DNA of 64,000 bases, taken from IMG/VR virus record IMGVR_UViG_3300009193_000001; one strand, given 5' to 3'. This DNA is from a virus (lineage: Duplodnaviria; Heunggongvirae; Uroviricota; Caudoviricetes). Made by a program: the position numbers and the translations under genes. Shown here piece by piece: positions 27,496-34,859 of this stretch. Position 1 is the first letter of the stretch. Every line of letters begins with the position of its first letter. Below the pieces are notes generated by a model. The model saw only the letters and a program-made list of their open reading frames with translations. It had not been told where the DNA came from and did not search any database.

Positions 27496-28491
27496 ATGAA
27501 ATTGATAATAGCCGGAGGTAGACATTTCGATGATTATCAGCTATTATTAGAGTCGTTCGATTTTGGTGTATGTTGGGAGTTCGGTGAAGTGGATTGTATA
27601 TTTAGCGGTTGTGCTAAAGGTGCAGACTCATTAGGCGAACGTCTAGCGAAAGAACGTGGTATACGAGTAAGTAGATTCCCAGCAAATTGGGATTACCATG
27701 GCAAGAAGGCTGGTATATTACGAAACGAAGAAATGGCAGAATGGGCCGATGGTCTGTTAGCGTTTTGGGACGGGGAATCTACCGGAACTAAGCATATGAT
27801 TGATTATGCTAAATCTATGGGCTTAATCGTCCACGTTGTAATGTATGATAAGGAGAAGAAAGTGGATGTACCATTAAATGTAATTATAGATTTCGAAACG
27901 GTAGATAAAATACCGACTGCGGCAGTTGCGTCTATGGCGGTTATTGTATTCGACCCTAGCGTAGTGCAAGATTTCGACAATCTAGTAAAAAACTCGTTCC
28001 GTATAAAATTTAATTTGGCCGAGCAATATAGTATGGGTCGAACGTGGGAACAGTCGACTGTGGATTGGTGGATGGCCCCAGAACAGGCAGACGCGTTTCA
28101 GCGAGTGATTGTACCAAGCACTGACGATGTTTCTATTAATGAGCTGCCTATTAAGCTTAAACAATATCTAGACCGTATGGGATACAAACCAAACGTTGGC
28201 GAAAAGATATATGCTCGTGGTAATGCTTTCGATATGCCATTAATGGAAAATATTTTTACTTCCCTTGGAGCTGAAGCTGTGTTACCTTGGTGGGGTTATC
28301 GAGATGTTCGTACAGAAATTGACGCTATTGCGCCATACTGGAACCCAGAACATAAAGCATGGGGAAACATGAATTGCTTTGTACCGCCAGCTAGTTTTGT
28401 GAAGCATATAGATACACATGATTGTGCTATTGATGTTATAAAGATGCAATACGCACACCTTAAACTAATGAAACATTTTGGGATGATATAA
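27496..28491 (+). CDS. dexA: Fusion ORF: N-terminal SLOG/DUF2493-like domain plus C-terminal DexA-like exonuclease
   Basis: N-terminal 115 aa IIAGGRHF...SGCAKGADSLGERLAKERGI...FPANWDYHGKKAGILRNEEM...FWDGESTGT match the DUF2493/SLOG pattern. From residue 116, VPLNVIIDFETVDK...AVIVFDP...IKFNL matches T4 DexA (MFDFIIDFETMG...AVIAFDP...IKFDL). Internal AAGGAG RBS plus in-frame ATG 27841 / GTG 27862. Confidence 0.6.
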   Translation: MKLIIAGGRHFDDYQLLLESFDFGVCWEFGEVDCIFSGCAKGADSLGERLAKERGIRVSRFPANWDYHGKKAGILRNEEMAEWADGLLAFWDGESTGTKHMIDYAKSMGLIVHVVMYDKEKKVDVPLNVIIDFETVDKIPTAAVASMAVIVFDPSVVQDFDNLVKNSFRIKFNLAEQYSMGRTWEQSTVDWWMAPEQADAFQRVIVPSTDDVSINELPIKLKQYLDRMGYKPNVGEKIYARGNAFDMPLMENIFTSLGAEAVLPWWGYRDVRTEIDAIAPYWNPEHKAWGNMNCFVPPASFVKHIDTHDCAIDVIKMQYAHLKLMKHFGMI

Positions 28492-28895
28492 TGATTGAAG
28501 TTAAAATAGGTGATGTGGTTAAAGTAACCGTATCCGATACATTACCATACGCCAACCCATACCGTAAAGGTACAACTGGCGTAGTCAAAGCTATATCTTT
28601 GTCTGGTAGAGTTGTATTGCTTAAAGTACGCGGACAGCATAATAAAGTTACTGTTCCGTTGTATCATTTAAAATTTCACCAAATACCAAAATTTGTTGTT
28701 GACATGAGAGACAGTCATGGTAATATTGTTCAAGCAAAAGTCGGTGACCTATTTGCTGCTTATAGTTTCTCGAAGAAACGTGTTATGGTGGTTCGCATAG
28801 AATCAATCAAGAAGCGGTTTAGTTTGGATGGGTGGAAGAACTCACCGAAAGCAAGCCAATGTATATTTATAGGAGAATATCATGCAAGAGATTAA
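28491..28895 (+). CDS. Hypothetical protein
   Basis: 134-aa ORF, ATGA overlap with the upstream gene. Confidence 0.45.
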   Translation: MIEVKIGDVVKVTVSDTLPYANPYRKGTTGVVKAISLSGRVVLLKVRGQHNKVTVPLYHLKFHQIPKFVVDMRDSHGNIVQAKVGDLFAAYSFSKKRVMVVRIESIKKRFSLDGWKNSPKASQCIFIGEYHARD

Positions 28896-30303
28896 AAAAA
28901 TTATTAATAATGTTATGTTACTTGGTACATCAAGAAATACTCGTGCCGGAGTAACCACCAGTAAGTTTTTCGAAACTGTATCGTTTAACCTACAAGATGG
29001 GTTCCCTGCAGTTACTTGTAAACAATTGGCGTTTAAGTCTATGATGGGTGAATTGTTACTATTTTGTGGTGGTGTGGCAGACCGTCGATTGATGAGCGAA
29101 AACTTCAATGATTCCAATTGGGATATATGGAAGCAAGATTGTGAGAGAAAATCGAAAGAAGACCCATCAAGGTTTAATGGTTATAATATGGGCGAAATGT
29201 ATCCAGAAATGTGGAGAATGCGTAGAATATCTCCCAGCGGAACAATAGAACTAAAACCACGAACAGATTTAGATTCCAACGAAACGGTAAAAGGTATACC
29301 CAGTGTTTGTGGTTTTGGTATTAATGATTATCCTGATGGTCGAAGAGAAAATCCAAAAATATATAGAATATGGATGGATATGATTATTCGATGTTATGGT
29401 TCCAGACCGCACCATAAAAAATATAGAGAAAATGGTTGTTCGGTGAGTCCTAGATGGCAATCGTTTAGAAACTTCTACAATGATGTGTTTTCGATTTCGG
29501 GTTTTCAAAGTTGGGTGGATGATAGTGGAAATTTCTCTTTAGATAAAGATTATTTTGGGTCTAATGTATATTCTAGAAATACTTGCATATTTTTAGAATC
29601 GAACATAAACAGAAAATTAAATGGGGGTGGGCAAGGTCTTCGAATATTTAAGGTAGGTGATGATATACTATTCGGCCTACAGGAATTAGCCGATAGATTT
29701 GATACGTATAGACAACATGATTTGGTTGGTCGATTACTTAAGAGTGGGTGTGATTTTATTGAGATATATGACAGTGTGGATGTAATTTATAGACCGAAAA
29801 TATTTGTAGACCAATTACAAGATGCAATTGATAAATTAATAAACGACCCAACTGGTCGATACGCCTTAATCGATAATTGGAACATCGATTATAAGAAAAA
29901 GGCAGTGTTGGGTGCTTGCCATAATATGTTACAGTTTTATGTTAGAGATGCCGGAGGTAAGAAATATTTAGATATGGCTTGGCACCAACGCTCTGTGGAT
30001 GTATTTCTGGGCCTTCCTTTTAATATTGCTAGCTATGCAGCACTAGTACACATATTAGCTCAAATTTGTGGGTATGAAGTTGGTATGCTGCATGGTACAT
30101 TGGGCGATGTACATATTTATGAGCAACATGTAGATGGATGCACAGAATATCTAAGCCGTGATTGTTTAGAACTGCCACAGCTATTTATTATGCCTGATGT
30201 TAATTCTCTTAGCGATTTGGAGAAATTAACCGCCAAGGATTTTTCTTTGGTTAATTATAAACATCATGGTAAAATTGCTGGTAAACTTAGTGTAGGTAAC
30301 TAA
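28882..30303 (+). CDS. td: Thymidylate synthase (ThyA/td-like) with an in-frame HNH-endonuclease-like insertion of about 185 aa
   Basis: ThyA blocks: RTGTGT-like RAGVTTSKFF, FNLQDGFPAVTCK, ELLLF, DQLQDAIDKLINDP, ACHNMLQFYV (catalytic Cys), QRSVDVFLGLPFNIASYA, GDVHIYEQH. An HNH-like segment is inserted between the WRMR... and DQLQ blocks. Confidence 0.8.
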   Translation: MQEIKKIINNVMLLGTSRNTRAGVTTSKFFETVSFNLQDGFPAVTCKQLAFKSMMGELLLFCGGVADRRLMSENFNDSNWDIWKQDCERKSKEDPSRFNGYNMGEMYPEMWRMRRISPSGTIELKPRTDLDSNETVKGIPSVCGFGINDYPDGRRENPKIYRIWMDMIIRCYGSRPHHKKYRENGCSVSPRWQSFRNFYNDVFSISGFQSWVDDSGNFSLDKDYFGSNVYSRNTCIFLESNINRKLNGGGQGLRIFKVGDDILFGLQELADRFDTYRQHDLVGRLLKSGCDFIEIYDSVDVIYRPKIFVDQLQDAIDKLINDPTGRYALIDNWNIDYKKKAVLGACHNMLQFYVRDAGGKKYLDMAWHQRSVDVFLGLPFNIASYAALVHILAQICGYEVGMLHGTLGDVHIYEQHVDGCTEYLSRDCLELPQLFIMPDVNSLSDLEKLTAKDFSLVNYKHHGKIAGKLSVGN

Positions 30304-30318
30304 ATATTTGGAGGTATA

Positions 30319-30522
30319 ATGTTAAAAATTTATATAGCTAAAGGGTTATCTACAATACAAAATTCTAATATAACAACTAAAGATATATTAATCGAAGATG
30401 TTGTGGTTACTCCAACTGGTGTATGTACTTGTAATTTTTATTATGAATCGAATCAATACAGTTTCAGGTTTGATGTTGGTCATGAAGGTGAAGGTTTATG
30501 TATTTATGGATTTACATACTAA
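30319..30522 (+). CDS. Hypothetical protein
   Basis: 67-aa ORF with GGAGG RBS. Confidence 0.4.
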   Translation: MLKIYIAKGLSTIQNSNITTKDILIEDVVVTPTGVCTCNFYYESNQYSFRFDVGHEGEGLCIYGFTY

Positions 30523-30536
30523 ATAAAAATAAGTAG

Positions 30537-30576
30537 TTGACAGTATCTTGGGGTCATGTATAATGGCTCCAAGATA
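30537..30576 (+). promoter_or_regulatory. Promoter TTGACA-16-TATAAT; conserved cassette copy 3
   Basis: TTGACA 30537-30542, TATAAT 30559-30564, IR tcttgg/ccaaga, leader to ATG 30596. Confidence 0.65.
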
Positions 30577-30595
30577 AACAAACGGAGAAAAGAAT

Positions 30596-30814
30596 ATGGT
30601 TACAACAATAGAAAAAGTTATGGTTGGTGTAGTTCTAGTATTAAGCGTTGTTATGGTGACATCATGTAATTTCGCAATCTCTGGCTTCAAGGAAATTGAA
30701 GACAGAGAACAGGCTAAGTTTGATGCGTGTATGGTTAAGAATCATAAAGAAGGCATGGACGTGAAGGCACAGTTAGAAGCTGTTAATCTATGCGACAAAA
30801 TTAAAGAGCATTAA
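30596..30814 (+). CDS. Small membrane protein
   Basis: 72 aa, N-terminal hydrophobic VMVGVVLVLSVVMVTSC; downstream of conserved promoter/leader cassette 30537..30595. Confidence 0.5.
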   Translation: MVTTIEKVMVGVVLVLSVVMVTSCNFAISGFKEIEDREQAKFDACMVKNHKEGMDVKAQLEAVNLCDKIKEH

Positions 30815-30826
30815 ACGGAGAACGTT

Positions 30827-31171
30827 ATGAAAGAACTATCAAAGAAAGAACAACTCGAAGTAATCTTAAAGCGTAAACTTGCTACTGGTGAGAAATTACA
30901 CTCACAAGATGTAATTGATATTATGGCGGTATTTAACAAGCCAGCAGACCTTAAAGGTACCGTTATGGGTATATCTATTAAGCATGGTTTACACTCGATA
31001 GAAAATATCGGATACCACGAGCCACAATTGAGAGTTCGTGGTGTACCAGCCATATCGTATGAGGTTGAGGTTAAATTATATAACCCAACATCAGAACAAT
31101 TACTTGAGGCACATAATATGATGCGCAATTCTAGAGGCCCACAAGTAGTCTCAATCAATCTGGAGGAATAG
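30827..31171 (+). CDS. Hypothetical protein
   Basis: 114-aa ORF, ACGGAGAA RBS. Confidence 0.45.
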   Translation: MKELSKKEQLEVILKRKLATGEKLHSQDVIDIMAVFNKPADLKGTVMGISIKHGLHSIENIGYHEPQLRVRGVPAISYEVEVKLYNPTSEQLLEAHNMMRNSRGPQVVSINLEE

Positions 31172-31173
31172 TA

Positions 31174-31554
31174 ATGACCGGATTTGAATTTGAAGTATTA
31201 AATACGATTACTTATTTCGTATATGTAATTATCTCAATCGTGCTGTTCTTCTTGGCAAAGAAACAATGGGACGAACTAAAATGGTCTTGGTTATTTTCAG
31301 CGATTGTTATATCAACATTAGTTTCTTATAAAATGTTCTTTACTTTATCAGAACGAACAGATATAATTAAGCAACAGTCGATAATGATGGGGCAAAGCAA
31401 CCAAATAATAAATGATAAAGTACTTGACAGTTACTTAAAAGTAGCTACAATACAACCAATCGACGAAGTAGCTCAACGTGAAGCTGAGTTACTGAAGCAA
31501 AAACAGAAAAACGAAGAACTAATTAAACAATCATTCTCAAAAGGAGAAAAGTAA
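31174..31554 (+). CDS. Membrane protein
   Basis: Two hydrophobic segments (YFVYVIISIVLFFLA; WLFSAIVISTLVSY) then coiled-coil tail. Confidence 0.5.
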   Translation: MTGFEFEVLNTITYFVYVIISIVLFFLAKKQWDELKWSWLFSAIVISTLVSYKMFFTLSERTDIIKQQSIMMGQSNQIINDKVLDSYLKVATIQPIDEVAQREAELLKQKQKNEELIKQSFSKGEK

Positions 31555-31555
31555 T

Positions 31556-32482
31556 ATGAAGTCACGTAATATTTTTAGAGCAATCGCAATGAGCGCAATC
31601 GTACTATTCGCATCAGCATGTTCAGACTACCGCACAATTCCGGTATCGACAGTTGGTAAAGTTGTAAGTAACTCTGGCGTATCAAAAGAAACGTACCAAG
31701 CAGGTACTCGTGACATCGGTTGGAACATGAAGTATACAAGCAAATTGGTACTACTTGATACAGCGGTTGAAATTATCCCTCTAAACTTAGATATTCGATT
31801 GAGTGACAGTCAAGAGTTAGGTATCGAATTGTTAGTGAAGACGCAATTAGATTTAACTGATAGCGCATCAATTGATAGTATGTTTGGTTTAGTTACTCCG
31901 GTCGCTTCAGGCAACAATACACTCAAGATTCCGCTTACTCTGGTATACGCAAAACTTGGCCAAGATTTAGCCAGACGAACATTAGTTGAAGTTGTTACGC
32001 CACAGACGTTAGAAAGCTTCCAAACCAACCGTAAAGAAATCAACGACAAGATTGAGCAGATTATTGCCGAACGATTTAAGAATACGCCATTGAAATTATA
32101 CTCTGCCACGATTAACCGCGTAGTGTACCCAAAAACGTATATTAATAGTTCGAATGAAATCAAGACCCAAGAAATGTCAGTAGCATTAAAACAAGCCGAA
32201 GAAAAAGCGAAACGTGCTAAACTGTTAGAAGAAGAAATTACCATCGAAATCGACCAACGTGTTCGACTAGCTAAAGCAAAAACAATTCGATTAGAAAATG
32301 CAGAAACATCTGCTGGCCTAAATCCAATGTTACTAGAGTACCGTAAAATGGAACTAGAAGAAAAGCGTTTAGAAGTTGATATGGAATTTGCGAAAAACTC
32401 GGGCAAGAATGGTAACACTGTTTATTACCCAGTTGGACAAAAGCCGACATACATCGATACTCTGATGGGCCAGAAAAAATAA
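31556..32482 (+). CDS. Lipoprotein with SPFH/band-7-like architecture
   Basis: Signal peptide plus lipobox (LFASAC), central beta-rich region, C-terminal Glu/Lys/Ala-rich coiled coil as in SPFH/flotillin-like proteins. Confidence 0.4.
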   Translation: MKSRNIFRAIAMSAIVLFASACSDYRTIPVSTVGKVVSNSGVSKETYQAGTRDIGWNMKYTSKLVLLDTAVEIIPLNLDIRLSDSQELGIELLVKTQLDLTDSASIDSMFGLVTPVASGNNTLKIPLTLVYAKLGQDLARRTLVEVVTPQTLESFQTNRKEINDKIEQIIAERFKNTPLKLYSATINRVVYPKTYINSSNEIKTQEMSVALKQAEEKAKRAKLLEEEITIEIDQRVRLAKAKTIRLENAETSAGLNPMLLEYRKMELEEKRLEVDMEFAKNSGKNGNTVYYPVGQKPTYIDTLMGQKK

Positions 32483-32494
32483 TAAAATAAAACG

Positions 32495-32551
32495 TTGACA
32501 CCAAGCTTGGATACATATATTATGTGTCCAAGCTTTTTTATTACCTAAAGG
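32495..32551 (+). promoter_or_regulatory. Promoter TTGACA-17-TATTAT embedded in ccaagcttgg...ccaagctt inverted repeat followed by T6
   Basis: TTGACA 32495-32500, -10 32518-32523, IR arms 32501-32510 / 32538-32545, T-run 32546-32551. Confidence 0.45.
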
Positions 32552-32559
32552 AAATTATT

Positions 32560-32895
32560 ATGGAACGTTTTATTCAAGGCAGTCATTTTACACAGTTAGC
32601 AATCAACATCCTATTCGATGAGGCGACACTAGAAGAAGAAATTGGGGGTGATGGTCGCAAAGGTGTATATCAATCCAAATATGTTATTAAATGCCCAGAA
32701 GGCGAATACTGGTGCTCTAAGAAGAACGTACTCAAGCCTATACCAAAAGAACTTGTAGGTTTCTGGATTATGTTGTTCGATGCTGACCTTAATCATATGA
32801 ATTGGCAACAGGCACTAGATAATATGAACTGGGGCAAGTGTAAGAAGAAGGTTAAGGTTGTTACCACAGAAACATGGGTGAGGGTAAAGAAATGA
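32560..32895 (+). CDS. Hypothetical protein
   Basis: ORF 32524..32895; ATG 32560 follows promoter 32495..32523 and an AGGAAA RBS. Confidence 0.4.
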   Translation: MERFIQGSHFTQLAINILFDEATLEEEIGGDGRKGVYQSKYVIKCPEGEYWCSKKNVLKPIPKELVGFWIMLFDADLNHMNWQQALDNMNWGKCKKKVKVVTTETWVRVKK

Positions 32896-33143
32896 AAAAG
32901 ATTACAATTACCCAATTTAAAACAGTTGACACGCTAAGTAATGTTGGTATCATACCTGCAGTTGCAGAAACATTATACCGCGACTTAGTTAACTTACGGG
33001 ACCATGGCTTCTATTGTGCGCTACTAACATACAAGCTGGCGAAAGATGGGCAATGGACCGTGTTCTTACAAAACGAATGTGTGGACGATGCTGCATTAAT
33101 GAGTGTAGCCACCAGATTCATTAAACTAGTCAATGGAGAATGA
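32874..33143 (+). CDS. Hypothetical protein
   Basis: 89-aa ORF overlapping neighbours. Confidence 0.4.
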   Translation: MGEGKEMKKITITQFKTVDTLSNVGIIPAVAETLYRDLVNLRDHGFYCALLTYKLAKDGQWTVFLQNECVDDAALMSVATRFIKLVNGE

Positions 33144-33144
33144 T

Positions 33145-33453
33145 ATGAGTAATGATACATACTACAAGAAGAAAACTATAGAAAACCTAAAGGCTTATAT
33201 TGATGGTAAGTTTAAGTCTGAGGAAACTAAGGTTAGTTACGGATTATGTTATAACGTGATTGTTGGGATAGATGTTGTTGATATTTTCAGAACATGGCCG
33301 AATTATTCTGGTAATGATAGTTACCCAATAGAAGGGTCATGTGGGGAATATTTTGTATGTGGTGCCACAAGACATGATGTAACAACCATATATGGTAAAT
33401 TGCGTATGGAATTGGCGAAATATACTTTAGCTGAATTGGAGAAAACATTATGA
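33145..33453 (+). CDS. Hypothetical protein
   Basis: GGAGAATGAT RBS then ATG 33145. Confidence 0.4.
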   Translation: MSNDTYYKKKTIENLKAYIDGKFKSEETKVSYGLCYNVIVGIDVVDIFRTWPNYSGNDSYPIEGSCGEYFVCGATRHDVTTIYGKLRMELAKYTLAELEKTL

Positions 33454-33863
33454 TAATTACTGAAGGTAACCCAATACTAAGCCAGATGGCAAAAGAAATT
33501 GCATTTGGTGAAGATTGTAGCGAATTAATCGTTGACATGCGTAAAGCATTAGGGCAAACTACTGGTATTGGGTTAGCGGCAAACCAAATTGGTGTTCTGA
33601 AGCGCGTTATACTGATTAATACATCAGACTACGTCCAGACAATTATCAATCCGGTGATTACCGCCAGCAATAATAAATTTAAAAATTCTACAGAAGGTTG
33701 CTTGTCTTTTCCAAATAAGTCTGCTAAGATGAAGCGAGAAAGTGTAGTTACGGTTGAAGGCTTCGATGAAGACTGGAAACCAATCAAGAAAAAATGTCGT
33801 GGTTTGTTGGCCGTAGTCATGCAGCATGAAATTGACCACCTTAACGGTATTACTATAATTTAG
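33450..33863 (+). CDS. def: Peptide deformylase
   Basis: All three PDF motifs: GIGLAANQIG (GxGxAAxQ), EGCLSFP (EGCLS), HEIDHLNG (HExxH). Confidence 0.85.
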   Translation: MIITEGNPILSQMAKEIAFGEDCSELIVDMRKALGQTTGIGLAANQIGVLKRVILINTSDYVQTIINPVITASNNKFKNSTEGCLSFPNKSAKMKRESVVTVEGFDEDWKPIKKKCRGLLAVVMQHEIDHLNGITII

Positions 33864-33871
33864 GAGAAATT

Positions 33872-34303
33872 ATGATTGTTCATTACACAAATTCATTGGG
33901 TATTCACCGAGATACTATGCCACAAATAGATGCTAAAATGGTTCCACATTTTGTAGCCAACCTAAACTCATTATTTGGTATCGGGTCTAGGCTAGAATAT
34001 AGAGTTGCTGGTGTACTAGTACCAACCCAACAACACTTCAATCAACTGCGTGTAGACGCCAAGATATTAGAGGCCGAACGAGAAGGTATCCATGTTTTAT
34101 TTAAGCCTTTAATGATTAGTTCGTTTGGTGGACGTATACTTGATGGACACAACACAGTCGAAGCAATTAAACAATATAATAAAAAACACAACGAAATACA
34201 TAAAGTTGTTGTTATTGCGATTGATTATGATATACTAGAGTTATTGAAGTTTGCAGAACACTATTGCTATTCATACAAAAAATCTATAAACCAAATATTT
34301 TAG
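33872..34303 (+). CDS. ParB/Srx-like nuclease-domain protein
   Basis: GGRILDGHNTVEAI resembles the ParB N-terminal domain DGHHR(L/V)xA motif (second His replaced by Asn). Confidence 0.3.
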   Translation: MIVHYTNSLGIHRDTMPQIDAKMVPHFVANLNSLFGIGSRLEYRVAGVLVPTQQHFNQLRVDAKILEAEREGIHVLFKPLMISSFGGRILDGHNTVEAIKQYNKKHNEIHKVVVIAIDYDILELLKFAEHYCYSYKKSINQIF

Positions 34304-34312
34304 GAGAAATTT

Positions 34313-34690
34313 ATGAGTAAGAAATTCAGTTTACGTAATAAGAACAACTGGTCTAAGCTTCGTGCCGGACAAACATTATTCGAAGTTAATGCTTACGGTG
34401 TAATGGACCCAAACAACCTACGTGTCAATTCTAGCGTATTTGCTGGTCTTATAACTATCAACGGTAGCGAAGGGTTTAAGTGTTTGGGTACTACTCGTAA
34501 GCGTTTCATCGAAGATGCAATTCGTAGTGGTAAATTCGTAACTACTAGTAGACGTAAGGCAGAATCTTATGTTAAGCTACTACAAACTACTGGTTACCCT
34601 GAAGCTGTAGTTAAACACAATGCATGGGTACATGAAGATTTAATGTATAATGACCAAATATGGGAGGTTATGCATAATGAGTACTACTAA
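34313..34690 (+). CDS. Hypothetical protein
   Basis: 125-aa ORF with AGGAGAAA RBS. Confidence 0.45.
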   Translation: MSKKFSLRNKNNWSKLRAGQTLFEVNAYGVMDPNNLRVNSSVFAGLITINGSEGFKCLGTTRKRFIEDAIRSGKFVTTSRRKAESYVKLLQTTGYPEAVVKHNAWVHEDLMYNDQIWEVMHNEYY

Positions 34691-34859
34691 AACTGATGGT
34701 TCTGGAATCGATTATAAAATCGTTGGTCGAGTCCACCAAATTTCGATGATAAAGAAAATACGTGAAGTTAACCGTTGTTCTTTATTGGAAGCAAAACAAC
34801 TATACCGAGCAATGATGGTATTTCAAGCAAACATGAGTAAGATGGGAGAAGTTAGATGA
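34677..34859 (+). CDS. Small protein with L7/L12 C-terminal-domain-like segment
   Basis: MIKKIREVNRCSLLEAKQLYR resembles ribosomal L7/L12 CTD [21 protein letters not shown]. Start at ATG 34677 within track ORF 34650..34859. Confidence 0.25.
   Translation: MSTTKTDGSGIDYKIVGRVHQISMIKKIREVNRCSLLEAKQLYRAMMVFQANMSKMGEVR

Noticed and set aside
27421-27498. 25-aa basic peptide ORF (MRKRKTKSYAACIKAIQPNIRKTEP) overlapping the start of the SLOG-DexA gene
   Set aside because: Very short, no RBS, likely chance ORF in an intergenic or leader region.
29250-29830. Canonical intein in thyA
   Set aside because: No N-terminal Cys/Ser junction residue, no TxxH block B, and no terminal HN followed by Cys/Ser/Thr could be placed. 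Kept as domain insertion or non-canonical intein in the findings.
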